From NCBI GenBank assembly GCA_044892505.1, contig CM097882.1:477214001-477278000 (forward strand): a stretch of DNA of 64,000 nucleotides. The letters are read 5' to 3'. Shown here one piece after another: positions 20,188 to 32,879 of the stretch. Under the pieces are notes generated by a model. It saw only the letters and a program-made list of their open reading frames with translations, was not told the origin of the DNA and did no database searches. Numbering within the stretch: position 1 is the stretch's first letter; the number at the start of each line of letters is the position of its first letter. The stretch is from Schmidtea nova. Its lineage: Eukaryota. The translations under genes and the position numbers were made by a program.

Positions 20188-23100
20188 CATTAGAATTAAT
20201 TTAGAAAAAATTAAGAGAAAATTCTAGAACAATTTGTTTTATTGCACTACCGGAGATAGAGAAAATTTGATGGTATATATACCGCCATCAAAATGGCAGA
20301 TTTCAGATTTTGTGGAAAAAATTTTTTTGTTTTGCTAGCTAAGAGAATTTGTGAGAAGTTTTCCGAAAATTTTTATTGCTAACCTAATTAAAGAGAATTT
20401 GTACCATTTGCCTCAGAAATTTAGAATTGAAGATATTGTGGAAAGGATTCAATTTATTGGAAAATCGGAATTGGTCAAAATTTAGTTCCCGGAGCACGAA
20501 CCTTTTTAGTAGAAAACAAAATTTCTTCCTGGAGTTTGAAATGTTAGGTTTATTTTATTTTTGTTTTATTTTAAACTGATTCGAGGGGTATGGGATCGTC
20601 GGTAATCATGCCTGTCGATCATCCCATTCCTCACGTTCGTATTATTTAAAAATGTATTATTTTTGTTATTTTATATAATGCAATTATTTTATTTTGATAT
20701 TATTAAATATTAAAAATTTATTTTATTCAGTTTGATTTTGAAAATATTTTTGTTTATTATACTCACAAGTTCCCAAAACACCTAAAATTACTATGAGAAT
20801 TGTCGAAATAAACTTATGAAATTAAATAATTTTTTTTATCTCCCATATCTTCTGACGATCCGTCCAGCCTTGGTTGTGCGGATCTGTTAGTAGCCTGGGT
20901 GGATCGTTGTCTGATTGGTAATCGGCCAGCCCATATTTCCACTTTAAGGTGAGGCTCATACATCCAAATTCTCGTCATCCCAACTGGGGAATCGTGGTTT
21001 GGCCAAGAGCAAGGTTTTGTTATACTAATGATTTTTATTATAATAGAGTATCATATTTTTATTATCTACATAAGCAATTTCGTAACACAACATAAAATCT
21101 TCTAATTCACGTCTTGAAATCTAAAATAGGAAATATTATTGATTAAAAAAAAAAAAAAAAAAAAAAAATCGACTCGTACTCACCTTCACCTTCGCACTCT
21201 CAACAACGATCATCTCATGAGAAAATGCAAGAAAAATGGATGCTAACGATGAAAAGAAAATTGTTCGAATTAATGCTCAAGTCTAGAATGATGCTCACGA
21301 AACGAAATGAATTGTGAAACAAGTATTGATTTAGTCTGAATTTAAGACTCATTATGGTCTAAATAAGTTTTTCCTGTGAATCTTGTTTTTCGAGAGCCTG
21401 AAATTCCTAAGTGAAGTGTCCCGAAAAATTCGCGTGCACTTTGATTGGGAAATTCATGCTCAACAAAACCGAAATTTACTTCACTTGATGTTAAAAATAT
21501 TCGTCGAAAAAGGTGTAACTTATTTTATTTTATTTTTTATTTTTATTTAGTATATAAATCTCTTTAGATTAAATGCATATTTAGATCTCGAAATTCATGG
21601 ATAAAATATTTTTATTATTATTTCATTTTGATCAAGAATAAAAATTTGCTTTTTATTATACTGCAAAAATTTTAAAATGAAAAAATTATAAACCAAAAAA
21701 TGTTCCTAATATTATTAATATAAAAAAGATCTTATCATTTCATAAAATTCCAGAGAATTTGCAAATCAAAAGTTATATTAAACCCCATAAAAATTATAGA
21801 TTGAAAGTTTATTGTTATAGTAAAAATTCTTATTATTTTATAAAAATCTGAATTTGAAATTTTATAGAAAATTTTTTGGTTAATATATATTCTAAAATAT
21901 AAAAGGTTAAAAACCTATCTTATAAAAAAATTAAAAATTTTATCATTAGTAAATTTTTCATGAAACTATAAATACAAAAAAAATTTCATAAAAAGCATTA
22001 TAAAAATTATTATTATTATTTTAATTTAAAATTATTATTATTATGTTAAAATTATTTTATATAGTTTATTTAAATTATAATATAACCCCCCCACGATATC
22101 TTAAAAATATTAATACATCACTCATTGCAAGAAATCACACCCTTTTCACTCAATAGCATCACCCATACTAATATACAAGCAACATACATATAAAATACAA
22201 TATACACACATACACCGTATCGTTCAATAACATTCAACAATCACATGCATACAAGCAAACCATACAGAAAATCTACACCGTTAGGTTAGTTAGCATCATA
22301 TATCCATAGCTCATTCAGGCACTCGCTCAATCACATCCACATCGTTTATTTCATCCAACCGACCAATGAACACACCAACACATGCATTTATAACAATAGG
22401 AAGTCCACCACCGAACTATAAAAGAAAAAAAAACATAAACGTGATTCACCACAATAGGTATTTCCCACAAATCTATAACAAAATATAGCAGCCTCATTCA
22501 CCTTCAGATCATCACCTTAGAAATTACTTTCATTCATCTGTGAACATACCTCGCTGACAATATAACTTCCAATACCACTACCCAACAGTTGACAATGATT
22601 TATATATACCCCACTTCATATTTTAAAAAATTTTATAATAATAAAAAGACATTCAAGACAAAAAATTTATTGATAATAAACATCATTCACAACAGTTCCA
22701 GAAAACAGTCTGGTAGGGATTTCCCATAAGGAAGTTGGTTCCGTTGAGGAGTAAAACAACATCCAATTTGGGTACGATTTCTCGAAAATATCCAATCGTA
22801 CTATACGTCTGGCAGATATGAGAACGAAACAAAAAAATTAATTCCACAGAGCAACTGCCGCTTGCGACGATTGATAGATTTTATTTTTGTGGTTCCTCAT
22901 CGGAAAGCTGCTGGAGAATTTTTATTTAAGCCCTCGAATTTAAAGGGAAAAGATATTGGTCTATCATAGACTTGGCATTGAACGACGAACGTGGTGAATC
23001 TAGTGGCCTCTGAATCAAGTGATAATAAAGTAAAAATATATTGATAAATCTAAATTACCATTTTCGACGATGATAAATTTTCCAATTGAGTAGAATTTCA

Positions 23101-23987
23101 TAATAGGAATTTGAGAGAAATTAAATAAATAAATGATAATTCAAATTGTTATCATTTACAATTGAGGGGAAATAAATTTTTCTTCTGGTTCAAACAAGAA
23201 GAATATTTCCGTTTGGTAAATTGCACCTAATTTTGTTCCAAATAAATTTAAAAATGCAAAAAATTTTTTAAATTAAATTCAAGAATTAAATAATTTCAAA
23301 AGACCGAAATCTGATGGTTATAAATTATAAGCAAAAGTTTTACTAAATCAATTTCGTTACTAAGGCCTCAGCAAAATTTTAAAATCAAAATATTGAAATT
23401 TTAATAAATATTTTATTATAAATTTAAAGCAAGATAGACAATAGGATTTGAATATAAATAAAGTTTACATAAATTTTAAATATAAAAAACATAACAATTT
23501 AAGGAAATTGCGATAATGATAAAAATTTGGGTCTAAATAAGAGCAATTTGTATATTCCCAAATATATACATTTTCTGAAGGAATAATTGATCACCTATTT
23601 GAGTTGCGATAATATTTTCGAATGCATGTTGCGAATAGAGTAAAAGCGCTCGAATAAATTAATTGATTAATAAATAAATCACAGTTTGGCGAAAATACTC
23701 AAATAAAAATCTCGTAATAAACCTATACAGTGATAGAACAGATAAATTAAGGGGGACAAAAATGGGCAAGAAACCTTCTATCGGTAGCCCTTGGACCCAG
23801 GAGATATTCGGTCAATCATAGTTTCGTATTGACGACGCTCACTGATTGCGAATACCCACCCACTTGTTACAGTACCAACGTTACATAGTGACGGGTAACA
23901 AGGTGGTAATTTCAATGTTTTATGTGTTGAGTTGTTGATGAGAGCCATAGAAACGTCAAGGTCATATTGACGGTCAACAACCCACCA
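20188..23987 (+). repeat. 3' LTR (portion verifiable against the 5' copy). True start lies between 19362 and 20188; candidate TGTTGGG at 19678 would give ~4.3 kb
   Basis: Direct repeat of 1-3801. TGTTGGG is a 6/7 inverted match to the terminal CCCACCA. The start cannot be fixed because the 5' LTR start is outside the window. Confidence 0.88.
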
Positions 23988-23989
23988 AA

Positions 23990-24270
23990 AAAAAAAATTG
24001 TGAAAAAAAATTTATGAAAAACAAATTTGTGAAAAAAAAAAATTTGTGTTAAAAAATTTTGTGTTGAAAAAATTTGTGTTAAAAAATTTTATGTTAAAAA
24101 ATTTTGTGTTAAAAAATTTTGTTAAAAAATTTTGTGTTGAAAAAATTTGTGTTAAAAAAATTTGTGTTGAAAAAATTTGTGTTAAAAAAAATTTGTGTTA
24201 AAAAAATTTGTGTTAAAAAAAATTTGTGTTAAAAAAAAATTTGTGTTAAAAAATTTTGTGTTAAAAAATT
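23990..24270. repeat. 14-16 bp minisatellite (AAAAAATTTGTGTT) abutting the 3' LTR
   Basis: Many tandem imperfect copies, followed by homopolymer-rich sequence to ~24420. Confidence 0.85.
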
Positions 24271-25867
24271 TTGAAATTTAAATTTGGCGCGAAAAAAAAA
24301 TTTTTTCAAAAAAAAAAAATTCAAAAATTTTTGGCGCGAAAAAAAAAAAAAAAAAAAAAAAAATTTTTGACCCCCCCCCCGGGGGGGGGGTTCGGAAAAA
24401 AAAAGTTCTTTGTTTAAAATTTTCCACCCACGCATTATGACTCATTTCTTTGTGTTTGACTCCACACATCTACCTACTGGAAACTAATAAATAATAATTA
24501 TTATAATTTTATACATCGTTTTTCTATGAAAATTTGGATACCCGATGATGTACAAAAATCCCGTTGTTAAGCTAACAAAATTAAATTCTATTTAAATATT
24601 GTTTTTCATCCATCTAAAATTCCCATTAAATCAAAGGAAGTAATTGAGAAACATGTTCAAAATAAAAATTGTATTTGAATTGCATTCAAGTGGCAAAATT
24701 TAAATCAATAATTCAAATATAATAATTGTCAATATAGTGATAGTTAATAAAATAATAATTAATATAATAACAAATAAATAAAATTTACCAATAATAATAT
24801 TATTTTGCTCTAAAATCCTCAAGAAATGTTCAAAAAAATCAATGAAAGGATCAGTCAAAAATTTTTTTCAAAATAAGAATATTGATTGAAAAGTTCTTGT
24901 TATTTACGCAAGCAACTCATATTCATTTTTGCACTTACAGTGTTGTTTTGAAATTGTAATGACGCCTAGCGTCTATGTTTAACAAAAATATTTATAGTAA
25001 TAATTTTAATAATTAATTAGCCCCTAGAGGGTTTAATTAATTTAACTGTTTATGTATGGGGGGGTTTTGGGTATTCCTTTATGATGAGGATAGGGAATTT
25101 GTCGAAATATATAGAATGTATTTTTCCTGGATCAAATTGTTGCCATATAAATTGTGATTGTGTGGATTATGTTTGGTAATGTTTTTGACTAGTAGAAATG
25201 TGTGTAGTGGGAGGAATTTGTAGTGCCTGAGAGAGTCCTCCAAAAAAGGTTCGCGTGGAGACACTCGGGGTTTTTGCTATGTATCTGTGTGATTGCGTGC
25301 TTTCGTGTGTAGTGTAAAAATAATATTATAAAAGATTATTATAAAACAAAAAAATGTTTATAACCACAACTTTTAGTTAATAAAATATAATAAAATTTGA
25401 ATCACTACTCACGTATTTGTTGAAAAAGGTCATATAATGTCAATCATAAAAGGTCAAAATGTCTTTAATTTTTGTTAATTTCTGATCAATTTGTGCTTCT
25501 GTTTTCCTTGGCAATTTATTTGCTAATAATTTTCAATTCTTTCTTTGGCAATTTTGTAGTTAACCTTTTAAATTCGGCTTTACGGCTTTTTAGTTTTTTT
25601 CAACACAAATCCATATTTTTTTATTTTGTCATATTCCTATAGTAATTTTCATTACTATAGGAAATAGATTTTTTAAATAATTTAAATTATTATTATTATT
25701 ATTTAAAGGCATAATTGCAATCAATCAACCAAACATAAATAGGGGGGTAACAACATACACTCAGCCGCCCGCGTTGACAAAAGCGCCGAATATATCAATA
25801 ATAATAATACACCCTTCACATATAATAAAAATAATAAAAACCTACAGCATTAACATATATATATATA

Positions 25868-26040
25868 ATCAATAATTCCCATAATGATGACTATAGATCA
25901 AAATTTTTTTATAAACAATAACACAATATTTCGGCAAAACCTTTATCAAGTGTGTATTTGATAAAGTCTGTGCCGAAATATTGTGTTTTTGTTTATAGAA
26001 AAAATTTTGATCTATAGTCATCATTATGGGAATTATTGAT
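25868..26040. mobile_element. 173-bp near-perfect palindromic MITE-like hairpin element, copy 1
   Basis: ATCAATAATTCCCATAATGATGACTATAGATCAAAA...TTTTGATCTATAGTCATCATTATGGGAATTATTGAT; fragments recur at ~47826 and ~60330. Confidence 0.8.
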
Positions 26041-26095
26041 AATAATAATAATACACCCTTTACATATAATAAAAATAATAAAAACCTACAGCATT

Positions 26096-26143
<48 letters not shown>

Positions 26144-26145
<2 letters not shown>

Positions 26146-26316
26146 CAATAATTCCCATAATGATGACTATAGATCAAAATTTTTTAAAAAACAATAACAC
26201 AATATTTCGGCAAAACCTTTATCAAGTGTGTATTTGATAAAGGCTGTGCCGAAATATTGTGTTTTTGTTTATAGAAAAAATTTTGATCTTTAGTCATCAT
26301 TATGGGAATTATTGAT
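26144..26316. mobile_element. Palindromic MITE-like element, copy 2 (tandem duplication with flank)
   Basis: Same palindrome; flank AATAATAATACACCCTT..CAGCATTAACA(TA)n duplicated at ~25797 and 26041. Confidence 0.8.
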
Positions 26317-26358
26317 AATAATAATGAAAAAAGATCAAATGTAAAAAAGATAATTATG

Positions 26359-26431
<73 letters not shown>

Positions 26432-29400
26432 TTATATGCATCTATCAGATTAATCATATCAAAATATAAATTTAATAAAATAAATCACCTTAACCAAATT
26501 AATACAATTTCAAGGGTGTCATCATAATTATAAAGATAAAATAGATTTAATAAAGGTAAAATTGTCAAAAGATAAAATAGATTATTATTTGAATCACAAG
26601 GCTGAATCTATTTGTCACCCAATAGAATTGTCGAACGATACAATAAATTGTTATTTGAATCACATCTTTCATCGGAGAGATATTGTTAATTGATGTATCA
26701 ATATATATATATATTTAGACTATATCTATTTGTCCCTATGCTATAGTCTTCATATAACTCAAATGTTTCTACCATTTTCCTTGTCTCTAACAGATGTATG
26801 TTAACAGAAAAACTACAACAAATGGTATTAAAGACCGCTGAAGAATTTATAAAAGAGACCAGTGGTGCTAGATGCTCACACTGTTTTAATAAATAAAGAA
26901 TGGTAAGAAAGGTTCTAATTTAGTGCAGCCGTGGTGCACACAACTAATCAAACGGTTGATTCACGGTTGATTTTAACAAATTATCTTACACAGAAAACAA
27001 TATTTTTACTAATTATAACAGATTCACAATTCAGTGAAATCTTTTTCTTCTAAAGGCTACGTAGAGCAGTAAACTTGATTGTAAAGGTTCAATTTTTAAC
27101 ATCAATTTTTGTGAATAAAACTTTTATTATTGCCTAAATTTTATGGAATATCGAAATTGGTCATAAAAATAAAAATTTACTTTTAGAGATACTATGTTAT
27201 GTAAAAATTATAATATAAAAATTATAAATCAAAAATTTTCCTAGAAATTTTTATATCAAACCTTATATTGGAATACGTGAAAACTATAGTCAAAAATTTT
27301 ATTATTATATTAGAAATTTTATTATTTTATAAAATTCTAAATTTAAAATTTTGTAGGAAAAGTTTCCAATTGATATGGTTATTATCATAATTCTAAAAAT
27401 TATTTTATATGTATATCCTTAAAATATAAAATTTTGAATTTGAAAATTTATTATCATATTATAAAAATTAGAAATTTTATTATTATAACTTTTATAAAAT
27501 TGTAAATTTAAAATTTGTAGAAAGAATTATAAAATTATTTTATATATAAATATATATATTATTTTATAAATACCCCCACGATAGCACAAAATTCATAATA
27601 CATCCATATTTGCAAAACAATACATCCATACCATTCATTAACATCCTCCATATCTAATACCACATACAAAATCCACTTATCTACAATACACACACCACAT
27701 CATTGCATTAAACAACATCCATCAGCATCACACATCCAGAAAATCCACATAAGAAATTCATTCAACAACATCTGTCTGCATCACACATCCAAAAAACCCA
27801 CAAGCACTCAATCTATCTCATTATCACTGAATTACTTATGTTTCACCCAACACACCATCACATACATTCACAACAATAGGACCTTCATTTCAATCTTTAA
27901 TAGTATATACAGCACAAACTTGAAATCAGTACATCCCATCTCACCAAACAATAACAAAATACCACATCCCACGAAAAAATTTCAGCACACACCAAAACAT
28001 TCCTATTCACAAATTCCCATACTTAACATATCTAACAATCTACATCCACATTCAACCACATCATTCATATTGGATCACCTCACTCATAAAAATTTCAGAT
28101 ATTCATTTATGAAGAGGTAGAAAAAGTTTCAGTTAAAATAAAATCCATAACTACAAAATGCAATATCTATTTTGCTATTTATCTTTATTATAAAGTAAAT
28201 CAAAAATTTATAGAAAAAATTATAGAAAATTGGAGCAAGATTTAATGAATTAGAACAGTAAGTCCGCATGCATTTTCAATCAAATGCGTAGAAAGTTTGA
28301 GCAGCATTCAAACTTGTTGAAGGTTGAATAGTGTTTTAAACAAATGAAATATTATCAGTAACTCAAATAAAACAACAAATATTTATAAAAATAGGGAAGA
28401 AACCTAATTTTAAAAAAAAGTTATTGTTTGTAAAATAAAAATTAAAGTTTTTTTTTGATTTTAAATGCAGATTAAATTTTTCTTTTAGAATGTTTTATCT
28501 AATGATTACCATAAATTGCAATATTACCAAAATTGAATGTTTAGTTAGTGTTTTTGATGATCGGAATGATTCATTTGGATGCGATAAAAAATTTATATTG
28601 ATGAAGAATATTTATGTTGAATTGCCGATAAAATTTTATTGAATGTTTATAGATAAATCATTAAGGAAGGAACAAAATAGGCATTTAACCTTTTATCGGT
28701 AGCCCTTGAACTCAGGAGATATTCGGTCAATCATAGTTTCGAATTTTTCGACGCTCACTGATTGCGAATACCCACCCATTTGTTGCATTTCCAACGTTAC
28801 ATTCTGACGGGAAACAAGATGGTTATTCTAATGTTTTGTATGTTGAGTTTTTGATGTGAGCCATAGCAACGTCAAGGTCATATTGACGGTCAACAACCCA
28901 CCAGTATTTGACTATTAGAATTAGAATATCTGATTTTTAAACGCGTCAAAAATACTTGTACACCACAATAAAATAATTTAAAATTCACGAAAAACACAAG
29001 ATAATACAAAGCAAAGTATAATACAAGCATAATCACAGTAGGCATACAAATCACAATTTATGGTTGATCAGGATATGGAAAAAATAGAAAAGTTGCATCT
29101 CAAAAGAGATTACACGTTTTGATTACAGGTCGAATTTACATAAAAAAAAGAGCGCATGAATAAGGTCGAATCTTCGATGGTCTTTCGAGGTTTTTGAAGG
29201 TTCCCGTCCGTCTGCCGATGTGGCTTCAGTTTTCTTGGGTAGATTGTCTGGTTGAAGGAAGAAATTAGAACATGGGTCTTGAAAATGGAGTTTCGAAGAA
29301 TTTACTTGGCACCAATTCGTGCGGGAAAATAAAATAAAACCAGGTATAGTATATAAAAAAAATCTTTCGACTTTGTTTTATACTTACCTGACGTGGAAAG

Positions 29401-30248
29401 AAATTTTCGCCTCTCTTGCATAGCACTGATGAGAGCCAAAAGCTCGAAACTAGTCTGCTATTGGGGATTTGCACTGGGTATCACAAAAATCACAAGCTTT
29501 ATTTGTTAAAAATAGAATAGTAGAGATTTTACTAAGAAATATAAATAACACACTGAAAATCTTTGAAACTAGTAAATAAAAGCAGAAGAAATCAAAATCA
29601 ATTTGAGATATCTAGCGAGACGCTGTTCAAGTCTGAAAAATCATTGAATATAAATGAAACGAGAATGGGTCTATAGTGCAGATGAATTGGTGTATATGCT
29701 AATTAGTACTAAATGACGTTCCAAAAAGATACGAATCGATGATTGAATAGACTTTGAACAAAGAAAGAATTTGGCGCGTAAGACCTTCGATCGTAGCCAG
29801 AAACCAAAATTGCGAATTTAGTGAGGAGTAGTTTCGGTACCAAAGCTCACCTGCTCATTGGTTCTCATACCGCTGTATACGTTAAGAACATAATTACTGG
29901 AAAGTAAAGATGTGTACACGAGTGAAGTAAAATAGCATTTCATGAAGGTACCATGGTTACAGTGACTCTAGTTATTACAAAAATTTAACAATTCATACAC
30001 AAGAATAAGCTGAAAAGTGCAGATCAAATTTAAAAGATGTTATTATCGATTGAAAAACTGTTTTAAATTTAAATAAATTAATATGTTGGGTCTTATTTTT
30101 ATTTGGAACAAAGAGCACCAGGAGTCCAACAACTCTATGAAAAATTTTATAAAATTGAAATCTGTTCGAAATCAGAAATTATATTTTTCTTTCATGAATA
30201 TGTTATTACATAAAATTTATAAATATAGTTTAATTTCATCTATTTTAG

Positions 30249-30530
30249 ATTTGCCCGTCATCTAGCTTTTTGACTGGTTCAGTACCTCATGATCATAAAC
30301 TTCATCCATTTCACACTTTCTGTAAAGATAAAGTTAATTATTCTATTAATTGTGATGATATTATGATAACTGGACGTAATCTGAAAGAAGAATATAAATT
30401 TTGCAAAAAGAAATTTCACATTTCAAATGAAGAAATAAAAAGAATTACTTTTAATGCTGCTAAATCTTCCTTTCTAGAGCCACAAGAAAAATCCTGTCTT
30501 ATAGATCATTTAGAAACTGCTTTTAAATAA
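30249..30530 (+). CDS. ADA: Adenosine deaminase, terminal coding exon (upstream exons not found in window)
   Basis: TTTTAG acceptor then ICPSSSFLTGSVPHDHKLHPF...NYSINCDDIMIT...FNAAKSSFL, matching the ADA1 C-terminus (ICP-SS-LTG, NYSLNTDD, NAAKSSFL). Confidence 0.85.
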   Translation: MCPSSSFLTGSVPHDHKLHPFHTFCKDKVNYSINCDDIMITGRNLKEEYKFCKKKFHISNEEIKRITFNAAKSSFLEPQEKSCLIDHLETAFK

Positions 30531-30647
30531 ACTAATATTATAATTCGATTTTAATCTATTTTGAGTCAATTATTATACTTGATTAGGATATTTTATTTAT
30601 TTTGAAATATAACTTATTTGTTTTAATATTCATTTTATATATCTGAC

Positions 30648-31121
30648 ATGTCGGAATCTAATGCGAATTTGTTGATTAACGATATTGATTCATCTTACAA
30701 TGTAATTTATTTTTTAATGATTTAAATAAATATATTTTCCCAGTTATTATTCCATAAATTATCCGCTATTAATTGCATTGCTGAAAATCAAATTCCAACT
30801 GGTAATGATTTTCGCTAACATTTAAAAATGTATAAACACATAATTATCAGAATCTAAAAACTGTGCATTGAAAATTATAAAGACTTTAGAAAAAGTCAAT
30901 TCGTGGTTTGATGAGCAAAAATTGTTTTCTGAAATCGATGCAGATGAAACAGAATCTCAAGTATTCAGTTAGGGGCGTATTTTATTTGTTTATTAGTGTT
31001 GACTTAGGCTTTCAAACTTTTGGATGATGATTTAAATCGCAAAACTAATTTAATTCTAGATCTGGAAGCAAGAATATATACTTACAAAGAGAAAGTTAAT
31101 GAGCTGTTATCAACTTTATGA
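30648..31121 (+). CDS. MED28-like (Mediator subunit 28) protein, 111 aa; exons 30648-30701, 30744-30801, 30851-30960, 31008-31121
   Basis: Four exons join in frame over GT-AG introns of 42/49/47 nt. LINDIDSSYNLLFHKL...KIIKTLEKVNSWF...DLNRKTNLI resembles MED28 helices (recalled similarity, not searched). Confidence 0.65.
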
Positions 31122-32094
31122 CTGTTAATTTTATCTGATCAAATTATTGGCTAAATTTTTTATGTAATTTATTTATACTTTTAGGTAAAATAAATTATAA
31201 TTTAATAACATTGTATTTTGTGTTATTATTAACACGTTTGTTCTGTGTATTGGTTGATATATTAATTATTGGTAATTAGTAATGTTTATTATTCTGACGT
31301 TAAATATCTTCCTGATTAAATTATTCTTAAAGGCAACATTGAATACTTTGTTATCTGATAATTACGTATTATTTTTCTGTTCCTGGAGTTCCTAATGTTT
31401 GCTGAAATTCTAAATCTATATTTTTAGGTACGCTAATTAACGTTTACTGAGTATTTCCTTCTCACTCGTGGTGTATCTTGAGACTAGATCATCTACACCT
31501 TTTTATTGTCCATTTAATTAAATTTGGTTTTAAGACTAGTGGATAAAAAATGGGTACGTACAAGAGACACAGTACGACCCTTCAATATGGATGTAACCAA
31601 AAACGAAATATTAGGCCCTTAGCTAACAGTTTTGTTAAAATTAGAGGATTATTCACGGATTGTTTCATTATAGTCGGTAGCAAGGAACCAATACGTAAGC
31701 TGAAGGCACTAAGAAATTTTAGATTGGGTTTTTCTATATAAGTTGTGGACTAAATAAATATGATTTCACTTCGTTTTTTTCCAGGACTGTTCATGACTCA
31801 GCTGCCATATTTATAGTGAGATTAACCGCCGTTCCCAGAAGCGGATATTAATCGTTTGAGACCCCGGGTGCAGAAGAAAACTTTGGACCCCTCTTAAAAA
31901 GAGACAGAAATAAATGTTAACCATATTTTTAAATAAATAAAAGTTATTATGTACTATTAATGTTTTATTTCCAATAAAATTTGAAAATAATATAGTAATA
32001 ATCACAAAGTTTTTATATTAATAGTTAAACATATGTTAAAGTGTGATTATAATTAATGATAATATAATATGTACATAAAAATCATAGAAGTTTA

Positions 32095-32398
32095 CAGGCA
32101 TACCCCAATTAACGTCGTTAATTGACTCCAAGAAAACATGACGTTAGGTGAAACAACGTTGTGGGGTGTAGTTATTATAAAAGAAAGAGAAAAAAGCTTC
32201 AACAGTGGGAAGCTAATGAAAACTGTACAAAAACAAATTTTCAAATAACACCGCCTGCTTAGAATTATAGAAAAATGATTTAAAAAAACAACGTTACAGC
32301 GAAGCAACACGACGTTACAGTGGGGTATGATTAAAATGGTAGACCGGCGTTACAGCAAAACTACTTTGCGCGAGGCAACGTTAGCCGGGGTATTACTA
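32095..32398. mobile_element. pogo/Tigger-like MITE remnant
   Basis: Imperfect TIRs ATACCCC..TAACGT, TA at left end, internal ACGTTA(CAG) repeats. Confidence 0.45.
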
Positions 32399-32879
32399 CT
32401 TAAAATTGCAAATTTTAAAATATTTTTTTTGTTAGTTTCGGTAACTTATTAACAATCAATAACTTTAAGTAAATCGCTCTATATAAAATGTATGGTGGGT
32501 TGACCTTGAATAGACTGAATTGTTTTAGCTCTGTATCTGACTTACATACACCAACATGAAAAACTTTTGCCCATCCGTTTGGCAATGTTGGTACTGTACC
32601 AAGTGATTGAATATGCCTGCAAAAGGGGAATTGTGTCGTGTCTCCGCAACTGATAATACCCAAGAAATTCATTGGGTTCAGGTACCACCAATACAAGGCT
32701 ATGGTATTCTTATTTTTTATCCTTTCATCATGTATTTAATTCGATCTTTATTCATTAACGCTCTTCAAAATTTATTATTTCAAATGAAAATCTTTATCGT
32801 TATATCTATTTCGAAACTGCTTAGTAAAACTCTCTTCCACTTATAATTCGTTAACGCTCCACCTCAGCCTAATTAACTC

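Larger units (their letters stand above)
1..23987 (+). mobile_element. Giant LTR retroelement-like unit (>24 kb, 5' end outside window), apparently non-autonomous (no RT/RNaseH/IN), with 8 internal ORFs
   Basis: Direct repeat 1-3801 = 20188-23987, both ending ...CAACAACCCACCA. tRNA-Pro PBS follows the first copy only. Retropepsin DTG motif in ORF1. Diverged copies elsewhere end at the same motif. Confidence 0.85.
25040..28903 (+). mobile_element. Diverged solo or 3' LTR of a related giant-element lineage (5' boundary unresolved; clear homology 27150-28903)
   Basis: 28690-28903 aligns with LTR 3588-3801 and ends in the same CAACAACCCACCA. CA-rich tract starting CCCCACGAT at ~27575 parallels LTR ~1890. 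No PBS follows. Confidence 0.7.

Noticed and set aside
1-23987. Plain segmental or tandem duplication instead of an LTR pair
   Set aside because: The repeat ends at CA followed by a PBS on the first copy only, a diverged copy ends at the same base, and a retropepsin lies inside. Not fully excluded until the TSD is seen.
24270-24420. C9-G10 palindrome and long homopolymers
   Set aside because: Looks like low-quality read or consensus sequence rather than a biological element.
24671-24680. GTATT|TG as TSD and start of the related solo LTR (matching GTATT after 28903)
   Set aside because: Such a short AT-rich match is expected by chance, and the following sequence does not resemble the candidate LTR start.
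29945-29965. HGY-encoding bases as an upstream ADA exon
   Set aside because: Context is RYHGYS, not R-L/I-GHGY, and there is no compatible splice frame.
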